DNA of 64,000 nucleotides from Mobula hypostoma (lineage: Eukaryota). The notes beneath the pieces are model-generated. The model saw only the letters and a list, made by a program, of their open reading frames with translations. It did not search any database and had not been told where the DNA came from. Numbering within the stretch: the stretch's first letter is position 1; the number at the start of each line of letters is the position of its first letter. Below are positions 14,601 to 26,600 of this stretch, piece after piece. The stretch covers positions 37,696,001 through 37,760,000 of the forward strand of contig NC_086110.1 of NCBI RefSeq assembly GCF_963921235.1, given 5' to 3'. The translations under genes and the position numbers were made by a program.

Positions 14601-17600
14601 TAATGATGATAAAAATTACCACACGTGTTTGGTGACTAACATTAGAAAATACACCCACATGCCAAAGAATTTCAGTGTTCATCTGCATAATGGTGGTGAT
14701 TTGAAATCCATTGTTAATTTTAAACATGAGACTGATTATTAAAAGTAGAAAAAGTGTTAAGAATAATTGAAGCAAAACCCAAAGAAGGTCAATATCCAAA
14801 GTATAAACAAGTGTCATAAAGTCATAGAAAAGTACATCTAGTCTGTGCCAAACCATTTAAACTGCCCACTTCCATCAACCTGCGCCGGGACCATAACCCT
14901 CCATACCACTACTATCCATGTACCTATGCAAACTTCTCTTAAATGTTGAAATCAAACTTACATGCACCACCTTTGCTGTCCACTCATTCCACACACTCAC
15001 AACCCTCTGAGTAAAGAAGTTTCCCCTCATGTTCCTGTTAAACTTTTCACCTTTTACACTTAACTCATGACATCTGGTTATAGTCCCATCCAATCTCAGT
15101 GGAAAAAGCCTGCTTGCATTTACACTATCTATACCCCTCATAATTTTGTGTACCTCTATCAAATCTCCTCTCAATCTTCTGCATTGCAAGGCAGAAAGTC
15201 CAGACCGATTCAATCATTCCTTGCTGGAGGCATTGATTAGATCAGATAATAACAGTGGTAAGAGAAAAAAGAGTGAACATTTCAGGGCAATGTCTCTTCA
15301 TTAGAAAAATTCTAAGAAGGGTGAGCTGGGCAAAGCTGGACAGATGGCCACTGAACAAACAAGATTTCATTGAACAGCACACAGACTCTGGAAAATGGGA
15401 GGAGTGGGGAGGGCATGCAACTTGCTCCATTGCAAAGCACCATGAACATGTTATATTCAAAGTGATACCAAATGAGAAAGCTTATGAAGGTACTACTACT
15501 ACTATTACGTCAACTCAGGCCTAAGGGGCCAGCGTCGGGCACGATGACGGACTCTCCACTTCTCCCTCTCCCAGATCAGTGTGTTCAGTTCATCTACATT
15601 AGCCGCGCCGCTGTCTTCTAGGATTGTGTTGACCATATTCTTGGGAGGGTGCCCAGGGTTCATCCTCCCGTGCTTGGGCTCCCATATGATGACTAGCCTG
15701 GCAGGTAGCTCAGGGTGGCGTAGACAGTGCCCCCTAGTTGCAGTCTTCTCGCCTCGATTTTAGTGGAGAGCACCGGTGGGTTGTTACAGAGCTCAAAGTT
15801 TGTTATGTGCTGTTGCCAATTCACATCAAGAGACATCCGGAGCATTCGTGTATAGCAACCATCCAGAGACTTGTGCATCGTCTTGTTGAGTGTCCACATC
15901 TCGCATCCGTACGTGAGAATGGACTCTATGACTGCTATGAAAATCTATGAAAATGCTATGAATCTCATGCAATATATATCCCGCTTCTTTTATTATTGTA
16001 GCACCTCCTGCAGTCTGGGTAAACACTGTAAATATTACAATTGAACCTGGTGAAGATAAAGCAATTATTTGTGAGATGCAGAACTTTTACCCAAAGAACC
16101 ACTCTGTCACTTGGTTGAAAAGTGGCTCAAAAGGCAATGGAAACCAGGTGGATGTCACATCCCAAGCAGTTTCCGGAACACCTCAGCAAAATCAGGATGG
16201 GACATTCAATCTGATTTCATTCCTAATCATCAAAGGAAACCAGTCAGATGATGGATCTTTTTATATCTGCCAAGTGGATCATGAAGCTTTAAAATCACCA
16301 GTGCAAAAAGCCATTAGTTTGACCGTAAAGGGTGAGTTATAATAAATGAGGTTGGTATCATTTCTCTTACGCCCTGTTTATTCTTATTTAGGGAACCTTG
16401 GTTAGAATTTTGTGTAACAGCCACATGATAAAGGCATCACTGAAAGAAGCAATCATCATCCAGTCCCTTGCCTAATGGTACATCAGTTCCTTAAAATTAG
16501 TCTGACTTGTTAACACTGTTACATGGTTTGCTGTGTTTCATTTAAAATAAGTTTTTTGTCGTTTATTTGCAATATGTACACAAAATATTTCAACAGAAAA
16601 ACTGCCAACCTTTGAACTCACTTTATCAGAAAATATACAGCAATAAAATAGTTTTATAGCTGCATTTCACTGACTATTTATACAATATCTGAATCATGCG
16701 GTTTCTAAATTATTTTTTGCGGTTTCATTGTCAAATTATGCAAGAAGAGAGTCATTTGACGTGAACATCTGACAGTTTTCAAAATTATACTCAGTAAATA
16801 CTTAATTAAATAAAAAAAATTTTGATCAATTAGTTCTCTGACCTAATGTGAAGGAGCCTCTGAACCAAACTACATGTGGGATATTAATGTAACGTGGATA
16901 TATTCTCCCACAGAGGGATGCATTGCCTTTATTTTTCAAATGAGGTACTATATTAAAGTGTGGTTTGTTTTCCAGGAATACCATGACACCATTTTAAAAA
17001 AGAGCTCAATGTTTCGATGACATGGTCAATGTTTGTCCTTCCCCAAGATCTTCCACCAGTACCAAAACCACTTTTCTGCTCATTATCACACTCAAAATGC
17101 TGGAGCAGCGGTTCCCAAACTTTTTTTAGTGCCGTGGGCCAATGCCATTAAGCAGTGGGTGCATGAACACCAGGTTGAGAACCCCTGTTCTAGAGTAGCT
17201 CTTCCAGTTGCTCTGGATTTCCAGCATCTGCAGAATCCTTTGTGCTGCTCATCGTCATTTGCTGTTTGAAGGAGCTTGCTGTGTTGAAATTGACAGGCTT
17301 GCTTCCTGCATCATAAGATTTCAGTTTGAATGTATTTCATTGGCTGCTAAGTGCTTTGGAATGTTCTGACAATGACACAAAAATATCAGACAAATGAAAT
17401 TCTTCATTTCTTTTGGAGAGTTTAGGTGAACGTTGCTAGAACCAGGGCTCGGGGAAACTCAAATTTGCACAGGAATACTGCTGCAATCGATACTCATCCA
17501 CTTGCTCTGCATAAATATGAAATCAATAGAATTCCCAGGCCCCAAAGCTTTATTGCCAAGCCAACATAGCTGAAAAATTATCAAAATCATACCTTTGGCA

Positions 17601-20600
17601 TCTACATTGATCAATTATTGGATCAATATTTGATATTGATAATATGATTTAGTTCTGAATCACTTGTATCTTTAAGTTTCCTCCCTAAGCTTTGTCAATA
17701 ATGAGACCATAAGACATAGAAGCAGAGTTAGGCCATATGGCCCATTGAGTCTGCTTCACCCTTCAACCGTGGCTGATTCTTTTTTTCCCCTTCTCAACGC
17801 CATTCCTGCCCTTCTCCCTGTAACCTTTGATGCCATGTCCAGTCAAGAAACTATCAATCTCTGCCTTAAATACACCCAATGCCTGGCCTCCACAGCTCTA
17901 TGTGGTAACAAATTCCACAAATTCACCACTCTCTAGCTAAAGAAATTTCTCCACATCTCTATTTTAAACAGACGCACCTCTATCCCAAGGCTGTGCCCTC
18001 TTGTCTAGACTCCCCCACCGTGGGAAACATCCTTTCCACATCTACTCTGTCTAGGCCTGTCAACATTTGAAATGTTTCAATGAGATCCCCCCCCCCACCC
18101 CACAACTTTCTGAATTCCAGCAAGTACAGACCCAGAGCCATCAAACGTTCTTTGTATGATAATCCTTTCAATCTGGGAATTATTCTTGTGAACCTCCTCT
18201 GAACCCTCTCCAATGCCAGCACATCTTTTCTTAGATGAGGAGCCCAAAGCTGTTCACAATACTCATGGTGAGGCCTCACCAGTGCCTCATAAAACCTCAG
18301 CATCACATCCCTGCTCTTGTATTCTAGACCTCTTGAAATGAATGCTAACATTGCATTTGCCTTCTTCACCACCAGTTCAACCTGCAAGTTAATCTTTAGG
18401 ATGTTCTGCACAAGAGCTCCCAAGTCCCTTTGCATCTCAGATTTTCAGATTTTCTCCCCATTTAGAAAATAGTCTGCACGTTTATTTCGATTACCAAAGT
18501 GCACGGCCATGCACTTTCCAACATTGTATTTCATTTGCCATTTTCTCGCCCATTCTCCTAATCTCAGTCCTCATGCAGTTTACCTGTTTCCTCAACACTA
18601 CCTGCCCTTCCACCATTCTTTGTATCATTTGCAAACTTGGCAGCAGTCCATCTATTCCATCATCTAAATTATTAATATAGAGCATAAAAAGAAGCGGTCC
18701 CAACACCAACCCTTGTGGAAAACCACAAGTCACTGGCAGCCAATCAGACAAGGATCCTCTTATTCCTACTCACTGCCTCCTACCAATCAGCCAATGCTCT
18801 AACCATGTCAGTAACTTTCCTGTAATACCATGGGCCCCTAACTTGGTAAGCAGACTGATGTATGACACCTTGTCAAAGGGCTTCTGAGAGTCCAAATATA
18901 CAACATCCACTGCATCCCCTTTATCTATGCTACTTGTAATCTCAAAGAAATCCAACAGGTTTGTCAGGCAAGATTTTCCCTTAAGGAAGCCATGCTGACT
19001 TTGTCCTATCTGGTCCTGGGTCACCAACTACACGTAATGCATATGTGCAAATTTGAAATGTGTTGAATCAGACAATAGAAATGTCAAAATAGTTGTGAGT
19101 AGATTGCCATTAATCTCTTAGTCAAAATATAAAGCATTACTTTTGGAAGAGTATAGTTTCCAGCATTAGATACTTTAAGTCTCAGTTTTTTCAACTATAT
19201 TTGGAATATAGTTTGGATCGACTATATTGATATAACATACATCTCTTTCGAGTCACCCCATAGCACATTACAGCCAATGACATGTTTTCTAAAATACTGC
19301 TGTTGTTGCATTGGAAATGGTGTTTTGTACTGCGCTGCAACAAAGTTTAAAATTCTGGTCTGTGATTGCAAGTAGCAGTCAGCTCAAAGAAACTATAACA
19401 AATAATCAATAACATCTGCTTGGCTTTTTGTCTTCATAGGACCCAAATTAACTAGCAGATCAAGAGTATTACTCACAATTGTTTTGACATTTCTGATCAC
19501 AGCAATGTCAACTGTCTGTTTTGGAACTTGCCTTTTCTACAATAAAGGGATAGGTAAGTAATAGAACTCTTAAAACTTATTTTTGGGATGAGGTTGAGTT
19601 TACCAGGGCAGTATTTACTTACCCTTAATTTTCCCAAGAAGGTGATGATGTCCTATCTCTTCGAGTAATTGGGGTTTGTGTGATGGTAGTGATGGTGATG
19701 TTGCCTCAGTGTGTTTGAATAAAATACTTCAGTGATACTAAGCTTCTGACAGTGATCCTTTCCTCTTGTCCCTAGTGCTTTATTGTACTGTAATATTTTT
19801 TTCAGTTGCACAATATTTAACTAAGCATAGCTGTCTGACTAGATTTGCATACTCAATGTGTTTTAGTGTTCAGTCCATCTATGACCTTGACTGCTTTTGA
19901 AAAAAAAGTAACTTCACTGCGATTGTTAAAAGCAGCAAATGCTGGAACTATTCAGCAGGTCAGTCCACATTGGTGGGAGGAGAAACAGAGCGAACGTTTC
20001 ACATCCAAGGGTTTTTGACATGAAGCATTGATTCTGTTTCTCTCCCCACGCATGCAGCCTGGCCTCCTGAGTATTCCCTGCATTTTCTGCTTTCAGTTAA
20101 GATCGCCAGTATCTGCATCTTTTATATATATATATTTGAACTGGAATTGATCATTGTCCGTCAATCAGATTAGTAAAAGAGCATTCCTTAAAAAAATAAA
20201 GCAAGAGGATCAGCAAAGTAAATAAGGAGTGGGAAACGGTCTGGAAGGTTAGATCACATGAGATCCAAGGTGAGATAGCCAATTGGATGAGAATATTGGC
20301 AGCATGGTTAATAAGTTAGCATATCTAAGATTGCAGTGAATTCTAGATTAACTGAGCCGGTGTGCGGACAAATGACAGATGGGTAAATGTGAAGTCTTCC
20401 ATTTGGGAAAGACAAGCAAGTGCAGCAAAGTGAATGGTAGGGTCCTAGTGCTTGCTGTAGACTGGAGACCCAGGGGTGCAGGTGCATGATTCCGTGGAAG
20501 GGGCAACACACACAGACATATACTTAGGAAGGCATCAGGATATTGAATACAACAATTGAGAACATCATGTTACAGTTGTACAAAATGTTAGTTAGGCCAC

Positions 20601-23600
20601 ATTTAGAGTACTTCATGCAGACCTGGCTGTCCAACTGTAGGAAGAACATCATTCAGTTGAAAAGGATACAAAAAAGATTCAGGAGGATGTTAATAGAACT
20701 GGAGGGTTTGAGTTATAATGAGGGGCTGGATAGGCTAGCCTATTGTCCCGTGGAGCATTAGAGGCTGAATGGTGGCCTGACGGAGAACAATAAAATCAAG
20801 AGGTGAAAAGCCACCATCTTTTTTCCAGAATAGGGCAGTTCAAAATGAGAGGGCCTAGGCTTAAAGTGAGTGAGGAAAAAAAATAAAAGAGGCCTAAGGG
20901 ACAATGATTTCACGCAGAGGGTGGTCCTGTATGGATCCTGCTGCCAGAGGTATGTAGAGTGGTGTACAGTCACAATGGTTAAAAGGCATTTCAGCAGGTA
21001 CATGGAAAGGAAAGAGTTAGAGGGCTATGAGCCTAAGGGACACCTCAGTCTGACATGATCCAGGTGGGCTGAAGGGCCTGTATTCCATGCTGTATAGTTA
21101 TATGACTCTGATTCTACAAGTAGCAGAGCCTTTTTTTTTAGTAAAGAACAACAAATTGATTATGTTTCTCTTTGATTTTCAGTTACTGCCAGGGTGACAA
21201 ATATTGTTAAATCAAACCACTGGAACACCAACGCTCCACTTTCTCTTGCCTGTGCAGTTTACTGGTTCGGAACAAAACCAATCGTTGTGTCTTGGTACAG
21301 GGAGGAGGTGGGTAAATTCCAAAGAGTCCTCGTTGGTAAATGGGACAACACTTCACACTGTGCAAAAAGGAAGTCAAAAGGGTATTTTCAGAATGAGCAA
21401 GAAGATAAAGCAATGTTGTTCCACAAAGGAGAATATGATATTGCTGTGACTTGGAACAGCCACGAAAGTAGTGGAATGTACAGTTTAATATCTCAGCTCA
21501 CCTTCAGATGTGCAAGAGCTGCGGAAGGAAAGCAGGAGTACTATTTTTCTGTCCAGCATGGCTCACTGAAGCAAAACATTTTAAGATCCGTTATTGTAGA
21601 AATAGAAGGTGAGTTGCCGTTATTTTATTGCAGAATAGGCCAAAATAAAATTTGAAATATTTTAAACTAAACTAAAATAGACATTGATAAGAAATAGAAA
21701 CCCTTTGGAACTCTTTGTTCTGTACAATCTATAGCCGCCAGCAGTCCATTCCACACACTCACCATTCTCTACGTAAAAAAAACTTACCCCTGACATCTCC
21801 TCTGTACCTATTCCCCAGTACCTTAATACTATGCCCTCTCGTGCTAGCCATTTAAGTCCTGGGAAAAAACCTCTGACTATCCACACAATCAATGCCTCTC
21901 ATCTACTTATACACCTCTATCAGGTCACCTCTCATCCTCCGTCGCTCCAAGAAGAAAAGGCCGAGTTCACTCAACCTATTCTCATAAGGTTTGCTCCCCA
22001 ATCCAGGCAACGTCCTTGTAAATCTCCTCTGCACCCTTTCTATGATTTTCACATCCTTCCTGTAGTGAGGTGACCAGAATTGAGCACAGTACTCCAAGTG
22101 GGGTCTGACCAGGGTCCTACATAGCTGCAACATTACCTCCCAGCTCTTACACTCAATCCCATGATTGATGAAGGCCAATGCACCATATGCTGCCTTAACC
22201 ACAGAGTCAACCTGCGTAGCAGCTTTGAGTGTCCTCTGGACTCGGACCCCAAGATCCCTCTGATACTCCACACTGCCAAGAGTCTTACTATTAATGCTAT
22301 ATTCTGCCATCATATTTGACCTACCGAAATGAACCACCTCACACTTATCTGGGTTGAACTCCATCTGCCACTTCTTAGCCCAGTTTTGCATCCTATCAAC
22401 GTCCCGCTGTAACCTCTGACGGCCCTCCACACTATCCACAACACCCCCAACCTTTGTGTCATCAGCAAACTTACTAACCATCCTTCCACTTCCTCATCCA
22501 GGTCATTTATAAAAATCACGAAGAGTAAGGGTCCCAGAACAGATCCCTGAGGCACAGCGCTGGTCACCGACCTCCATGCAGAATATGACCCATCTACAAA
22601 CGCTCTTTGCCTTCTGTGGGCAATCCAGTTCTGGATCCACAAAGCAATGTCCCCGTGGATCCCATGCCTCCTTACTTTCTCAATAAGCCTTGAATGGCAT
22701 ATATGTTAAGATTTCATTTTGTAATATTTTCTGGTATATCACATAGTATATGCCACTAGTGGAAAGAGTGAATTCAAGTTAAAAAAAGGGTCTCTCACCT
22801 GAAATGTTTCTCTGTCTACAGATGTGGGGTGACCTGCTGAGTATATTTTTTGTTTTAGATTTCCAGCAGATTTTGTTTTTTTAATTTTTCTCCACCACAG
22901 GAATTTGTCTAGTCAAACTTTTTTTGATCTCTCACTTAAGTAGGGGTCCCACACCACCAGGTTCAGAACAGTTATTGCTCTTCAACCATCAGGCTGCTGA
23001 AACAGCGTGGATAATTTCACTCACCTCAACACTGAACTGATTCCACAACTTATGGATTCACTTTCAATGACTTGACAACTCACGGTCTCAGTATTATTTA
23101 TTTACTTGTCTATTCATTCTTTATTTGTTTATTTTAAATGTGCACAGTTTTGTCTTCTTTAACACATTGGTTGTTTGTGAGTCTTATTTGTGTGCAGTTT
23201 TTCATTGATTCTATTGTATTTCTTTGTTCTACTGTGAGTGACTGAAAGAAAATTAATCCCATGGTAGTGTACGATGACAAAAGCATACTTTGATAATAAG
23301 TTCACTTTGAAATTTGAAGTAAGGGTATCCCTTGGGAAGGAAGATGTTCAATGCAGTCTCACTCACTGCAGTCTCAGACAATCTTCTGTAATAGGAGACA
23401 TTATTCCACTTGGTTTTCAGCTGCACTGTCAAGTTAACATTATATAAATCATGCACAAGACCACCTAGGTCCACCTAAAATTCCAGTGTTCTCACTCCCT
23501 GCCCACTTAAGAAAATTGTGCTTTTCTATTTTTACTATTGAACTGGATAACCCTACTTGCCTCACAGATCCCTTTAAATCTTTCTCTTCACACCTTAAGT

Positions 23601-26600
23601 CTACATCCCTTAGTGTTAGACACCCCTACGAGAGGAAAAGGACTGTGATCCTCAACCTCATCTATGCTCCTCGTGATCTTATAAATCTCTATAGGGTCAC
23701 CCCTCAGCTTCCTACGCTTCAGGGAAAACAGTTCCAACCTACCCGGTCTCTCCTTATAACTCAAGTCCTCCTTGTTAAGCTTCTCTGCACCTTCACTAGC
23801 TTAATCTCATTCTACCTACACCATGGCAATCGCAATATTCCACACACACTCTCACCATCATCCTATATAGATAGAGATAGATAGATACTCTATTGATCCC
23901 AAAGGAAATTACAGTGACACAGTAGCATTACAAGTTTATAGATAAAGAAATATACAAACATTAGAAGAGAAATAAGAAAGAATAAAAAAATAAGACTCTC
24001 AGATAAAGGAGCAGAAGTAGGCCATTTGGCCTATAGAGTTTACACCGCTATTCGATCATGGGCTGATCCAATTCTTCCAGACGTCCCCCCTCCTCTGCCT
24101 TCTCTCCCGTACCCTTTGATGCCCTGGCTAATCAAGAACCTATCTATCTCTGCCTTAAATACACCCAATGATTTGGCCTCCACAGTCGCTCATGGCAACA
24201 AATTCCACAGATTTACCATTCTCTGACTAAAGTAATTTCTTCGCATCTCTGTTCTAAATGAATGTCCTTCAATCCTGAAGTCATGCCCTCTTGCCCTAGC
24301 CTTCCCTACCATGGGAAATAGCTTTCCAACATTGTATTTCATTTGCCACTTCCTTGCCCATTCCCCTAAACTATCTAAATCTCTCTGTAGGCTCTCTGTT
24401 CCCTCAACACTACCCACTCCTCCACCTATCTTTGTATCATCGGCAAATTTAGCCAGAAATCCATTAATCCCATAGTCCAAATCATTGACATACATCATAA
24501 AAATCAGCAGTCCCAACACCAACCCCTATAGAGCTCCACTAGTAACTGGCAGCCAGCCAGAATAGGATCCACCCACGCTAGTAACTTCCCTGTAATTCCA
24601 TGGGCTCTTATTTTACTAAGCAGCCTCATGGGTGGCATCTTGTCAAAGGCCTTCTGAAAATCCAAGTTCACCACATCCACTGCATCTCCTTTGTCTACGC
24701 TGCTTGTAATTTCCTCAAAGAATAGAGTAGGTTAGTCAGGCAGGGTTTTCCTTTCAGGAAACCATACTGGCTTTGGCCTATCTTGTCATGTGCCTCCAAG
24801 TATTCCATTATCTCATCCCTAACAATCGATTCCAACAACTTCCCAACCACTGATGTCAGGCTAACAGGTCTATAGTTTCGTTTCTACTGCCTCCCACCCT
24901 TCTTAAATAGCGGAGTAACATTTGCAATTTTCCAGTCATCCGGTACGATGCCAGAATCTATCGACTCTTGAAAGTTCATCGTTAATGCCTCTGCAATCTC
25001 TGCAGCTACTTCCTTCAGTACCCAAGGGCGCATTGCATCAGGCCCAGGAGATTTATCCACCCTCAGACCATTAAGCTTCCTGAGCACCTTCTCAGTCATA
25101 ACTTTCACTGCACATAAATTACCTCAAACAGTCCAACAGGAGGGGATCATTACTTTCTCAGTTATAGTTTGACTCATTATAGAGCCTAATGGCCGAGGGT
25201 AGGAATGACCTCAGATAGCGCTCTTTGGAGCAGCGCAGTTGTCTTAGTCTATTACTAAAAGTGCTCCTCTGTTCAGCCAAGGTGGCATGCAGAGGGTGAG
25301 AAACATTGTCTAGAATTGCCTGGATTTTCCGCAGGGTCTTTTGTTCTACCACAGTCTCTAGTGTGTCCAGTTTGACTCTTATAACAGAGCCAGCCTTTCC
25401 AATCAGTTTACTGAGTCTGTTAATTCCATTGCTCCAGCACACCACTGGATAGAAGATTGTACTGGTGACAACAGACTGTTACAACATGTGAAGGAGAGGC
25501 TTGCATACTCCAAAGGACCTCATACCTCAGGAAGTAGAGGCAACTCTGGTCCTTCTTGTACACAGCCTCTGTGTCGGTGCTCCAATCAAGTCTGTCATCC
25601 CCAGATACTTGTAGGCCCTCACCACAACTATGACCTCACCATCAATAATACCAGGGAGCAGTGCAGGCTTAGTCATCCGAAAGTCCATCACCATCTCCTT
25701 TGTCTTACGAATGTTCAGCTGCAGATGATTCAGCTTGCACCATTTGACAAAGTCCTCCTCCAGGGCCCTGTGTTCATCCTCCCATCCTCCCTTTATACGC
25801 CCAACTATTGGTGAGTCATCAGAGAATTTCTGCAGATGACATGACTCAGTGTTGAATCTAAAGTCCAAGGTTTACAGGGTAAATAGGACGGGAGCCAATA
25901 CTGGCTCCTGTGGGGCCTGAGTGCTATTTATAGCCATGTCTGACACACAGCTCTGAAGCCACACAAACTGTGATCTGCTAGTCAGGTAGTCCATTATCCA
26001 GGATACAATGGAAGTGCCAACCTGCATTGAATTGAGCTTTTCCCCACAGCAATGAGAGCTGTAGGGTTTTGAAAGCACCTGAGAAATCAAAAAACATGAT
26101 CCTCACAGTGCTGCCCTGCTTATCCAAACGGGAGTAGGCTCTGTTTAGCAAGTAGTTGACAGCATCGTCAACTCCAGTGTGCTCCTGGTAGGCAAACTGC
26201 AGGGGATCAAGGGCTAATCTAACCAGGGTCGAAGGTGAGCCGGGACCGGCCTCTCTCAGATCTTCATGATGTGTGAGGTCAGGACCACTGGACAGTCGTC
26301 ATTCAAGACTTTTGGTTGGCCCTTTTTGGGCACCAGGACCATGCATGATGTTTCCCACACAGTTGGGACCCTTTCCGGGTTGAGACTCAGATTAAAATTG
26401 TTGAGAGCTCCACATAGCTACTCAGCACACTCCTTCAGGACCTTGGTGTTCACGCCATCCTGTCCCAATGCTTTGCCGTGTTTCCTCAGAGCCCTTCTCA
26501 CCTGCTTAGTGGTGAAGGGGAGTCCATAATGATTGGGGAGCTGGGGGAGGGGAAAATCGGGATGATAGCAGTTGGTGTGCGGATGATAGGTGCAGGGCAA

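Noticed and set aside
22901-23040. Phase-1-compatible acceptor with an open 46-codon frame ending in TGA, a possible terminal exon for a stand-alone Ig gene
   Set aside because: Most of it is a Rex1-like repeat 3' fragment (ccacaccaccaggttcag...) that recurs at about 50900, and the peptide has no recognisable features. Treated as cryptic, but it should be checked in RNA-seq.
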